Source: Gemmatimonadales bacterium (lineage in GTDB: Bacteria; Gemmatimonadota; Gemmatimonadetes; Gemmatimonadales; GWC2-71-9). Taken from it: 64,000 bases of DNA. The stretch is taken from contig OZ252244.1 of assembly GCA_965249575.1 (NCBI GenBank), positions 640,001 to 704,000 of the forward strand. The letters run 5' to 3'. Positions within the stretch are counted from its first letter, which is position 1. Every line of letters begins with the position of its first letter. The notes beneath the pieces are model-generated. The model did not search any database, was not told where the DNA came from, and saw nothing but the letters and a program-made list of their open reading frames with translations. The position numbers and the translations under genes were made by a program. Of the stretch, positions 1 through 8,962 are shown piece by piece.

Positions 1-1661
1 CAAACCAACCCGGACCGGAGGCGGTCAGAGAGCAGTTGAAGCGGATCCTGGACAGCGACCTGTTTTCTCGGGGGCCGAGGCTGGCGCGCTTCCTTTCGTA
101 TATCGTCGAGGCCACGATATCCGGGAATGCCGAGCAGCTGAACCAACTTGCCATCGGGCTCGACGTATTCGACCGCGGCAGAAGCTTCGATCCATCCACG
201 GACGCCATCGTTCGCGTGGAAGCGGGCCGATTGCGATACAAGCTTACCGAATACTACGACAACGCGGGAACGAACGACCCGATCGTGATCAGCCTCCCCC
301 GCGGCGGTTATCACGTGTCCGTGCAGCATCGGGCCTCGACGGAACCCGTCGGCCAACCCGTTGCACGCGGAGCCCCCCGCCTCGGCGTCGCGGCGCTCCT
401 GGCCGCATCGACCGTCGGTTTTCTCTACGCCGCATTCGCACTCCTCCCCGATCAGGAAAAGACGGCTCCGGGAGCGACCACGGCGAGTGCCGACGTGCGT
501 CCCGGGAGTATCGGACAGCCCACTGCGGCGTTCGCCGGAAGGCAGGCCATCGCCATCCTGCCCTTCAATAATCTCAGCAACGATCCCGAACAAGACTATT
601 TCAGCGACGGAATCACCGAGGATATCATCACCGATCTGTCGCTCGTTTCCGGTCTGAACGTCATCGCGAGGCACTCAACGTTCGTCTACAAGAATCAGAA
701 CGTGAGCATCAAAGACATCGGCGACGACCTCGGCGCGCGGTACGTCCTCGAGGGAAGCGTTCGGAAGGCCGGCGATCAACTGCGAATCACTGCCCAGCTC
801 ATCGATGTGGCCACCGAGACCCACATCTGGGCCGAGCGTTACGACCGCAGGCTCGACGACATCTTTGCGACCCAGGACGAGGTCTCGCAGCAGATCGTCA
901 ATTCGCTCGATGTGGAGCTGACGGACCTCGAACGGAATCGGCTCCGCCACCGCGGCACCGAGAGCCTCGAGGCACACGACTACTACCTGCGCGCCCGGGA
1001 CCTGTTCTACCTGTTCACGGACGAGGGTGTGAACCGCGCCATCGAGCTGTTCTCCGAGGCAATCGAGGTGGATCCCGCTTACGCCGAGGCCCATGCGTGG
1101 TTGTCGCGGGCCATCACCTACACCTTCGTGGCCGGGATCGACACCCGCGGCCCCGCAGCGGTGGAAGAGGCGCTGGCCCTGGCGCGGCGGTCGGTTGATC
1201 TCGACGAAAACCTTCCCCTGGCTCACGCCAACCTGGCCTGGGCGCTGCGGTGGCAGCTGGAGATCGAGGCGGCGACCGACGCCGTCAACACAGCCATCGA
1301 ACTCAACCCGAACTTCGCAGATGCCTACCTCTGGCAGTCCCTGATCCTGTCGACGGCCGGAAACGGCGAGGACGCCCTCGCGTCCGTCGAACAGGCCATG
1401 CTTTTCGATCCTCACTACAGCGTCACACACATCTTCGCCTTGGGACGCGCCTATCTCATCCTGGGTCGGGCCGATACGGCCCTCTACCACTTCGAACGGG
1501 GCATCGAGCGCAACCCGAATTTCATTCCCAACCACACCCACAGGCTGCTGGCGTTGGAAAGGCTGGGAATGACCGAGGCCCACGAAGCCGCGAGGACCGA
1601 GCTGGTCCGGATCGCTCCCAACTACCAGCAAAGCCCCACCTACCGGTTTTACCGAAACTAG
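1..1661 (+). CDS. Membrane-anchored regulator: N-terminal winged-helix-like domain, TM helix, TolB-N-like domain and TPR repeats (5' end lies outside the window)
   Basis: Frame is open from the window start (NQPGPEAVREQLKRIL). Motifs VRVEAGRLRYKLTEYY...ISLPRGGY, a hydrophobic helix, AILPFNNLS.DPEQDYFSDGITEDII and several TPR-like repeats. Confidence 0.8.
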   Translation, partial: NQPGPEAVREQLKRILDSDLFSRGPRLARFLSYIVEATISGNAEQLNQLAIGLDVFDRGRSFDPSTDAIVRVEAGRLRYKLTEYYDNAGTNDPIVISLPRGGYHVSVQHRASTEPVGQPVARGAPRLGVAALLAASTVGFLYAAFALLPDQEKTAPGATTASADVRPGSIGQPTAAFAGRQAIAILPFNNLSNDPEQDYFSDGITEDIITDLSLVSGLNVIARHSTFVYKNQNVSIKDIGDDLGARYVLEGSVRKAGDQLRITAQLIDVATETHIWAERYDRRLDDIFATQDEVSQQIVNSLDVELTDLERNRLRHRGTESLEAHDYYLRARDLFYLFTDEGVNRAIELFSEAIEVDPAYAEAHAWLSRAITYTFVAGIDTRGPAAVEEALALARRSVDLDENLPLAHANLAWALRWQLEIEAATDAVNTAIELNPNFADAYLWQSLILSTAGNGEDALASVEQAMLFDPHYSVTHIFALGRAYLILGRADTALYHFERGIERNPNFIPNHTHRLLALERLGMTEAHEAARTELVRIAPNYQQSPTYRFYRN

Positions 1662-1795
1662 CGACGCGAATCGACAGAACGCCGGCTCAAACCTGAGCCA
1701 CCTCCCTTCCGGTCTCCCCCCACCATGGGCCCCGCGTGCCTTGTGCGGCGGCCGGACCGAGCCGTGTAACCCGTGTCGGGGCAAGTCGATACGTG

Positions 1796-1820
1796 CGTTA
1801 CTTACCGTTACAGACTTACA
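1796..1820. promoter_or_regulatory. Candidate operator: CGTTAC direct repeats 10 bp apart plus extra TTAC copies
   Basis: CGTTAC at 1796 and 1806, CTTAC at 1815 and inverted GTAAC at 1766, all upstream of the 1913 gene. Confidence 0.3.
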
Positions 1821-1912
1821 AACCCACAGCGCTTCCGCGAATCATGACTCGCCGATGACGGACGTCACGGTTTTCCAGGCACCCGAATCATGCCACCGTC
1901 GGGAGGAGCGCA

Positions 1913-2895
1913 ATGAGTGACAAGGCCCTAGAAACCACCAGTCCAAACCGTTCCGGGAACGGTTATCGCTTCAACCACTTCCACGCCGGTATCGCGCTGC
2001 GCGATTTCGGCTTCAGCCGTGACTCACTGGGACCAGGGGACCGCCTTCCGGACATGACCCTGGTCGACACCGACGGGAACACGGTCGGGTTGGCAGACTT
2101 CACCACGAACGAGCCCATCGTGATCGTGACCGGCTCGATCACGTGCCCCCTCACCGTCAGCGCCCTCCCGGATCTCGACGCCCTCGAACGCCGGTTCGGC
2201 GACCGGGTTCGGTTCGTCCTCCTACAGGTGCGAGAGGCCCACCCGGGCGGGCACAAGCCGCAGCCCCAGACCATGACAGAGAAGATCGAGCATGCGCGCG
2301 CGCTCCGTGAAGCTCACCGGGTCGAGTGGCCAGTCCTGGTCGACGACATCGACGGAACGCTGCACCGGCACCTCGATGCACTGGCGAACTCGCTTCACAT
2401 CGTAGCCCCCGACGGGACGATCCTCTACCGCGCACTCTTCGCGGGCGACGACCACGTCGAGGCCATCGCCTCGGTTGCCTCGGGCAACCCGCCGACTCCC
2501 TCCGAGAACCGACACCGGGCGCGGGCCATCCTCAAATCCGTCGGCTTTATGCACGACGTGCTGCGGGCCGCCGGATGGCGCGCCTACGCCGACGTCGCTC
2601 TGACGGCGCCACCGCTGATCGGGCTCGCACTGGGCACGAAGTTGTTCCGTTCGTCGAGCGCTCGAAGCGAGGCTTCGCGGTCGCGACGACCGCGCTGATC
2701 GCCGGCGTCGCCGTCGTCGCCCTGCTCGCGTTAGCTGCACCGGACGATCACGGAGCCGACAACGCTCGTGAAGTGGGATTCGGGCCTCGTGTACGCGCAG
2801 AGCGCAGCACAGTTCCTCGTCCCTTCAGATTCGTCGTCTACACGGAGATCCGCGACGCCGAACACCGGTCGATCCCGTCTGGGTCGCGACGGTAA
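1913..2895 (+). CDS. Iodothyronine-deiodinase-like thioredoxin-fold protein (Cys form); probable 1-nt frameshift near 2648
   Basis: GSITCP and VREAHPG motifs; GGAGGAG RBS. The annotated frame ends at 2698, but adding one C at ttgttccgttc gives LFPFVERSKRGFAVATTALIAGVAVVALLA, a TM tail ending at 2895. Confidence 0.65.
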
Positions 2896-2924
2896 CTCCC
2901 GAACCAATACCAGAGGAGGCTCTC

Positions 2925-3683
2925 ATGTCCGTCAGCACGACACCATCGCGTTACACCCCTCCGCAAGAGGCGTACGTCGACCCCGCGGAGCCCGGGCTCC
3001 CAGTCACGAGCATGACCATCTCGACGTCCGACACGGCGATCGTCATCACCGATCCTCAGATCGACTTCCTGTCTCCCGACGGTGTGACCTGGTCCGTAGT
3101 CGGCGAGAGCGTCACGGAGTACGGCACCGTGGACAACCTCGAGCGATTGATGCGCGCGGCAAAGGAATACGGACTGCCGCTCTTCATCTCGCCGCACCAC
3201 TACTACCCCAGCGATCACGGTTGGCGGTTCGAAGGCCCTCTGGAAAAGCTGATGCACAACATCGGCATGTTCGACCGCAAGGGTCCTTATACGGTCGACG
3301 GATTCGACGGCTCCGGTTCGGACTTCATGCCCCAGTACCGCGACCTGATCCTCGACGGCGAGACCATCATCGCCAGTCCGCACAAGGTCTACGGACCTGA
3401 GCAGAACGACCTCGTACTCCAGCTGCGCAAGCGGGGCGTGAGCAAGGTCATTCTCGCCGGCATGTCCGCGAACCTGTGCACACAGGCGCATCTGCACGAG
3501 CTTCTCGAGCAGGGGTTCGAGGTTGCCATGGTTCGTGACGCCACCGCCGCGGCCAAGCTCCCCGAAGGAGACGGTTACCTCGCCGCGCTCACAAACTTCC
3601 GGTTCATCGCTAACGCTCTGTGGACTACTGACGACGCGGTTCGCCGCATTCGCGGCGCGGCGTCCGGTGAAGCGCAAGAGTGA
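2925..3683 (+). CDS. Cysteine hydrolase (isochorismatase family)
   Basis: IVITDPQIDF, HKVYGP, GMSANLC catalytic motifs; GAGGAGG RBS. Confidence 0.88.
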   Translation: MSVSTTPSRYTPPQEAYVDPAEPGLPVTSMTISTSDTAIVITDPQIDFLSPDGVTWSVVGESVTEYGTVDNLERLMRAAKEYGLPLFISPHHYYPSDHGWRFEGPLEKLMHNIGMFDRKGPYTVDGFDGSGSDFMPQYRDLILDGETIIASPHKVYGPEQNDLVLQLRKRGVSKVILAGMSANLCTQAHLHELLEQGFEVAMVRDATAAAKLPEGDGYLAALTNFRFIANALWTTDDAVRRIRGAASGEAQE

Positions 3684-3752
3684 AGATCGAGGCGGCGCGG
3701 ATCAACTCGGATCCCGCCGCCCACCGATCCAATAGCATGGAGATGTAGAGTA

Positions 3753-4676
3753 ATGAAACAGACAAAAGAATTCATCAAAAAATACGGTCCCTGGGCGCTG
3801 ATTACAGGTGCGTCTTCCGGAATCGGCGCCGAGTTCGCCAGACAGATCGCCGGCCGCGGGCTCAACGTGATCCTGACCGCGCGCCGAGGGGCCAAGCTGG
3901 ATGCCCTGTCGAAGAAGATACAGGAAGAGACCGGAGTCGCCGCCCTAACGATAGCGGCCGACCTGAGTTCGAAAGAGGCTATCGACGAGCTCGCAGCGGC
4001 CGTGGAAGAACTCGATATCGGCCTGCTGGTAAACCACGCCGGCCGAGAGGATACGGGACCGTTCCTCCACGTCGACATCACCAAAGCGATGCAAACGGTG
4101 GATCTCAACGTACGCGCACCCGTGTTGTTGACCCACACCATCGGCCGCCGAATAGCCGAGCGTGGAGCGGGGGGCGTCGTGTTCCTCTCCTCCATCGTCG
4201 CCTTTCAGGGCGTGCCACTCACAGCGAACTACGCCGCGACCAAGGCATTCGATCTGGTCCTGGCTGAAGGACTTGCGCCGGAGCTTCGACAGTACGGGAT
4301 CGACACCCTCGCCGTCACGCCAGGGTTCACCAAGACGGAATTGGCCCCGGACCTGGATTTCACGGGAACTCCCATTCGCCCCCTGGAGGCAGCGAAGGTG
4401 GTCGAAACGACCCTCGACGCCCTAGGCAAGAAGACGCTGGTCATTCCGGGACTCACCAATCGCTTCCTGTATTTCGCGGGCAAGTACCTGCAGCCGCGAC
4501 GGCTGAGTTCGGCCGCCTTCGGACGCGTATACCGCAGGGTACTGAGACGGAAGCTTCCGGCGAACATCTCGCCCCCAGCTGCACGGGATTCCGCCGAGGG
4601 CGCTGGCGATCGGCCTCATGTTAGGGACCGTCGACTCGGCCATCATCCTGTCTGCCGCGTTGTGGAAGACGGGTGA
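3753..4676 (+). CDS. Short-chain dehydrogenase/reductase
   Basis: TGASSGIG and YAATK motifs; the C-terminal ~35 aa look atypical. Confidence 0.88.
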   Translation: MKQTKEFIKKYGPWALITGASSGIGAEFARQIAGRGLNVILTARRGAKLDALSKKIQEETGVAALTIAADLSSKEAIDELAAAVEELDIGLLVNHAGREDTGPFLHVDITKAMQTVDLNVRAPVLLTHTIGRRIAERGAGGVVFLSSIVAFQGVPLTANYAATKAFDLVLAEGLAPELRQYGIDTLAVTPGFTKTELAPDLDFTGTPIRPLEAAKVVETTLDALGKKTLVIPGLTNRFLYFAGKYLQPRRLSSAAFGRVYRRVLRRKLPANISPPAARDSAEGAGDRPHVRDRRLGHHPVCRVVEDG

Positions 4677-5281
4677 CATCAGTGCTGCACCGGCGACTTT
4701 AATCGCGCAGGTCTACACGCTGCCGATCCTCGTTGGTGCCGTTTCGCAAAGCCATTTCTTATCGGCGAGCAGTGAAGCCCTCTCGGGACCACGCCGTCGA
4801 ATGTCGGATCAGAAAACTGCGCATCAAAGGTCGAACGACGGAGCGTGACGATCGAACATTGAAGAACGGAGGAGACGAGTGATGAAAACGAGCGAGCGGG
4901 CCTCCTGTCGGAGGTGAAGTCTCACGATACACGACCGAACGTCGATCGCCGGGACACGATGAGGGAAAGCCCTCTGCTGGTTACCAGTACCGTGCGATTG
5001 AGCAGAAGCCGATATACACCTTAATTGAGGACTGCGGAAGATGAAGCGGGCAACTGACAGACAGCGTTTGGACATCAGCAACCCCGGGGTCTCCCTGAGT
5101 CAGCAGCATTGCAAGGCGACGTGCTACGCCGCTCATCGATACTTGCTCTGATCATTGGCAGCGCACTGACATGCGCCCCCGCGGATTTAGTGACTCGTAA
5201 AAAAAAGGAGAAGGGCCGATGCCAGGGCTCGCGACGGTCTCGCGGGGCGCAGACCTCATGAGAAGAGAGCTGCCGAGCTAC

Positions 5282-5451
5282 CGCCGCGAACGGACCGAGC
5301 ACCCCCCCCAACCCCCTAGGGTCCCCCACCCCCGAGACGGATCGCCGCGTACGGACCGAGCACCCCCCCACCCCCTAGGGTCCCCCACCCCCGAGACGGA
5401 TGCCCCGAGTCCCCCCACCCCCCAAGGTGGAGCCCACCCCCAAGGTGGAGC
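5282..5451. repeat. Two tandem ~60-bp C-rich direct repeats followed by two ~18-bp CCACCCCCAAGGTGGAGC repeats
   Basis: CGCCGCG.ACGGACCGAGCACCCCCCC...CCCCCTAGGGTCCCCCACCCCCGAGACGGAT at ~5282-5342 and ~5343-5401; short repeats at ~5415-5433 and ~5434-5451. Confidence 0.85.
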
Positions 5452-5553
5452 ACACCGCCACGACTCTTGCCTTTCAGGCCGTGGGGTCTACGATTCGCTT
5501 GAGTCAAGCAAGGCCGTTGAATGCTAGGGATTAGAAAGGAGCTGTAAACAATC

Positions 5554-5736
5554 ATGGAGGATCCAAAGGCCAGGCGGCCGCCCCTCGTCGATCCGGACAT
5601 CTTCAACCGCTACCGCGAGTGGCGGTGGAACGAAGTCCTCCGCCAGGTCGCGGAAGGCTATCACCCAACAGGCTCCGAGCTGGCGAACATGATCCCCCGG
5701 ACACGAGGCGGACCCGGATGCCCAGCGTTACCGTGA
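5554..5736 (+). CDS. Small hypothetical protein or remnant within the integrative element
   Basis: AAGGAG upstream of the ATG; 60 aa; no recognisable motif. Confidence 0.3.
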   Translation: MEDPKARRPPLVDPDIFNRYREWRWNEVLRQVAEGYHPTGSELANMIPRTRGGPGCPALP

Positions 5737-5885
5737 GGAACGCCCGCGCCGGCGAGGCTCTGCCTCTCCAGTTGCAAGTTGATTCCCATCAACTACTTAG
5801 GCTATATAGGGTGTTGAATTCCCCGATTAAGGCACCCCCTTCTCCCTTCGTATACTCACGCCCGTGCACCAGACGGCGGAGTTCA

Positions 5886-6091
5886 TGGAGGAAAAGCCAC
5901 CGCTGGGACCTGGAGAGTTCGGGAACCACTCCGCGGCGCAACATCGCAGGGGGGCCGAGGGGCGACACCGCCTACGAATTCGGTCGCAGCTCCTGGTCAG
6001 TGATGACGAGATCGATGTGAGTGCCTTCGTGCGCGCCTATGCGCAGATCATCTCGGAGCTTGCACAGGAGTCTCGTCAGGAGGCCATATGA
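5886..6091 (+). CDS. Small protein translationally coupled to the recombinase (candidate accessory or directionality factor)
   Basis: Its TGA overlaps the recombinase ATG (ATGA at 6088-6091); helical C-terminus DVSAFVRAYAQIISELAQE. Confidence 0.45.
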
Positions 6092-7722
6092 CACCCGACA
6101 CACTCCAGCCAAGAGCTCCTGTCGCTGTGGGGTACCTGCGCGTCAGCACTGAGGACCAGGCCCGAGAGGACCGGGCGTCGCTTGCCCAGCAGGAGCACGC
6201 AATTCGCGAGCTAGCGGAGCGGCATCGGTACGAGCTTCAGCACCTCTTCCGAGACCCCGGCGGTTCCGGTGGAACGGCCAAACGCCCGGGCTTTCAAGCA
6301 CTCCTGCGCCATGTCCGCGAGCATCCCGGTGGCGGGGTCGTGCTGGTGCTGAACGATTCCAGATGGGGACGGTTTTCAAATCCCGAGGAAGCGACTTACT
6401 GGCGGATCGAGTGTGAGCGTCATGGGTGGCCCGTACGGTTCGTCGAGGGCGACGAGTCCGAAGACCCGCTCACCCGTGGCATTATGCGGACGATCCACAG
6501 CGCACAAGCATCCGCGTACCGCGACCAAGTTCGAGCGAATGCCCGACGTGGGGCTCGCGGTGCGGCGGGAGATGGCTGGTGGGTCACCGAGGCACCGATT
6601 GGGTATCGGCGACAGGCATATCGTGATGGATGCCCCACCCGCGTGCTTGAAGTGGGGGAGCGCAAGGCCGATGACGAACGGGTGCGACTGACGCCAGGTC
6701 CAGAGCATGAACAGCGGTTCGTTCAACAGCTCTTCGTTGAATATGCAAAGGGGACGAAGAGTCTCGGAGCACTGGCCCGGGACGCCAACCAGTGGTTCCC
6801 GGACCGGACGTGGAAACGACAGACACTTGGGAGTGTGCTTAGAAATCCTGCCTATGTCGGAGACGTCGTGTGGGGTCGGCGCCCCATGAATGACGCCGGT
6901 ACGCAGCGGTTCGACGCGGACCAGTCACGGTGGACAATACGGGAAAGCGCGCACACGCCCCTTGTGGACCGGCCGCTCTTTGATCGGGTGCAATCGCTAC
7001 TGAACCGTAACCGCAAGCAGACGCGCGCAACGAGAGGCGGGTAGCCGTTGTCCGGATTCATTCGTTGCGCGGATTGCGGCTCGCATTACATAGGTGGCGG
7101 TGGTCCGAGGCCCAAGAAGGCCGGCATCGACCGGGATCGGTATCGGTTCTACAAGGAGGCGCACCCGTGCGGTGACCTCACCGGCACGCTCACCAAGCGC
7201 ATCGTCGAGCCGCTCATCATCGAGGCTATTGGCAGCATCCTCAGGCAGCCGCCGGTGTTCCGGCTGATCGAGGCTGAGTTCGACCGCCTCATCGAGAGCA
7301 CAGCCGAGGATTCAGTCACCCCGGGGCTCCGCCGCGAGCGGGCGCGCCTGGAGCACGAGCGGCGGAATCTTGTCCGGGCCATTGCGACCGGCACATTGAC
7401 GGATGCGGAAGCGCGACCTGAATTGGCCGAGCTGCGAGCCCGTATCGAGGCCATCGACGTCGCGATTAAGCGGTCGCAGGTAACCCGGCATCGCCACGAG
7501 GCCCTGGCCGGCGACCGGGAGAGCATGGTGGCACTTGCCCGCGACTTCGCTACGGTAGCGCACCGTATCCACGGTGCCGAATTGAGGGAGCTCGTGCGGC
7601 CATGGATCGCCGAGGCCATATTTGATAAACGGGAGCGGGTGCTCACGCTATGCGTACGAAAGATCCCGAACGTCGGGATGTTCTCGGTTTTGGAATTGTC
7701 TGGCCGGCCGGGGCGAGATTGA
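6088..7722 (+). pseudogene. Large serine recombinase (resolvase, recombinase, zinc-ribbon and coiled-coil domains) interrupted by an in-frame TAG at 7042-7044
   Basis: GYLRVST catalytic Ser, DSRWGR, APIGYRR, LRNPAYVG, HTPLVD...FDRVQ. The same frame continues after the TAG as PLSGFIRCADCG plus a coiled coil; 544 aa if read through. Confidence 0.9.
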
Positions 7723-7918
7723 CGGTGATCCTTTGCAAGGGAAACGAATAGCCGGAGTTCGTGATGGCCGCGTTGACCCGCTCCCGCCCCTCCTTGACCG
7801 CGCCGTGCGGCAGGCCGACCGTCGCGAAGGACGGCAGGCCGTGCGCGATGTCCACCTCCACGTCGACGACATACGCATCGATGCCGAGGACGGCTGCGGA
7901 CCGCACCCGGGAGAGCAT
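7704..7918 (-). pseudogene. comM: 5' fragment of YifB/ComM family Mg-chelatase-like AAA+ ATPase, disrupted by integration
   Basis: [23 protein letters not shown]...GLP...VKEGRERV...RITVNLAPA, then similarity stops abruptly (ADxRK expected, GQTIPKP seen). Confidence 0.9.
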
Positions 7919-8221
7919 GGGAGCACGGTAGCGCGAGATGGCGCAAAGTCAGCACACAAAACACGCGGATTGTGGCGGATCAATGCGAGATGGCGTGGCG
8001 GAGCGTTTTTCAGGACGCGCTCCGGCCGGCCGGCTCGCCTTTGAGGGCGGGAAACCTGGGGCGGAGCCGCGAAACCAGCACACCCGTACCCTCGAGTGCG
8101 CCTTCCCATGCGGAATGGAAGTGCATAACATCCCTCGATCCCGGTTAAGCCCGGGAGGTGATGCGGCGGCAACAAACCGGTCACCCTCTTGACGGCGGTC
8201 ACCAGCCATAGAGGAGGAGAC

Positions 8222-8845
8222 ATGCAACTACTCCGAGTGATCATCCTGCCAGCCCTACTCTTCATACTCCCCGTAAGCTTGGTCGCACAACAGGGGCGGC
8301 CCGCCAGCCCGAGGGGGGAGGCGTCCACTCAAGTCGGCGGGTCCTATCATGCCGAAGGCAGGTTCGGGGGAGGATCCTGGATCGTCGTGGATTACGGCCG
8401 CCCAATTCTGCGCGGGCGCCAGAACATGTTCGGCTCCGGCGATACGTACGGAGACACCTTTCTTCGCGGCGCTCCCCTGTGGCGGATCGGAGCCAACCAG
8501 TCGACGCGCTTCATGACCGAGACCGACCTGATGTTCGGCGACAAGCGTTTACCCGCCGGCGAGTATTCCGCCTTTGCGGATCTCAAACCGGGCGAGTGGA
8601 CCTTGGCGTTCAGTACGTGGGGCGTAAAACAAGATTATCGCGAGGAAAACCCGGACGCCCTCTGGGGGTCCTACGAGTACACCCCCGAACGGGACGTGCT
8701 CCGTACCACGATGAAGGCGACCACCCTCCCGATGTCAGCCGACCAGCTGATCATCACCTTCACGGACATGACGCAAGAGGGTGGGAACTTCACCATTTGG
8801 TGGGACGACCAGTTTGCTACGACGCCGTTCAAAGTGGCTCGTTAG
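8222..8845 (+). CDS. DUF2911 family exported protein
   Basis: Signal peptide, RPASP, VDYGRP.LRGR, WRIGANQST, LPAGEYS; GAGGAG RBS. Confidence 0.85.
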   Translation: MQLLRVIILPALLFILPVSLVAQQGRPASPRGEASTQVGGSYHAEGRFGGGSWIVVDYGRPILRGRQNMFGSGDTYGDTFLRGAPLWRIGANQSTRFMTETDLMFGDKRLPAGEYSAFADLKPGEWTLAFSTWGVKQDYREENPDALWGSYEYTPERDVLRTTMKATTLPMSADQLIITFTDMTQEGGNFTIWWDDQFATTPFKVAR

Positions 8846-8962
8846 GCCGCCTGGACCCCGGGCACCATGGTCTGGCTTGCATGGACTCCTCGAGACGCCC
8901 ACGAGCAGTAGACTTCGAATCGTAGGTACGCTAGGTTGCCGGTAGCGCAAGGGGGAATCGTC

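Larger units (their letters stand above)
1..7704. mobile_element. Integrative element inserted in yifB/comM; right boundary near 7704, left boundary not found in the window
   Basis: The serine integrase abuts a truncated yifB; the rest of yifB is absent from all ORFs at 1-7600; 4850-6000 is gene-poor and repeat-containing. Assigning 1-4700 as cargo is inferred. Confidence 0.6.

Noticed and set aside
4560..4848. Hydrophobic ORF overlapping the SDR 3' end (possible membrane-protein remnant)
   Set aside because: Too short, with no recognisable motif or clear start
4824..4860. HAPSFDL on the minus strand as the other half of yifB
   Set aside because: A stop follows immediately and there is no further yifB similarity; chance match
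5282..5451. Possible CRISPR array
   Set aside because: Only two long tandem copies, no unique spacers and no cas genes in the window
7042..7044. Pyrrolysine or genome-wide TAG recoding
   Set aside because: Many neighbouring genes end normally at TAG (e.g. 1661, 8845, 13149, 14300) and no pyl genes are visible
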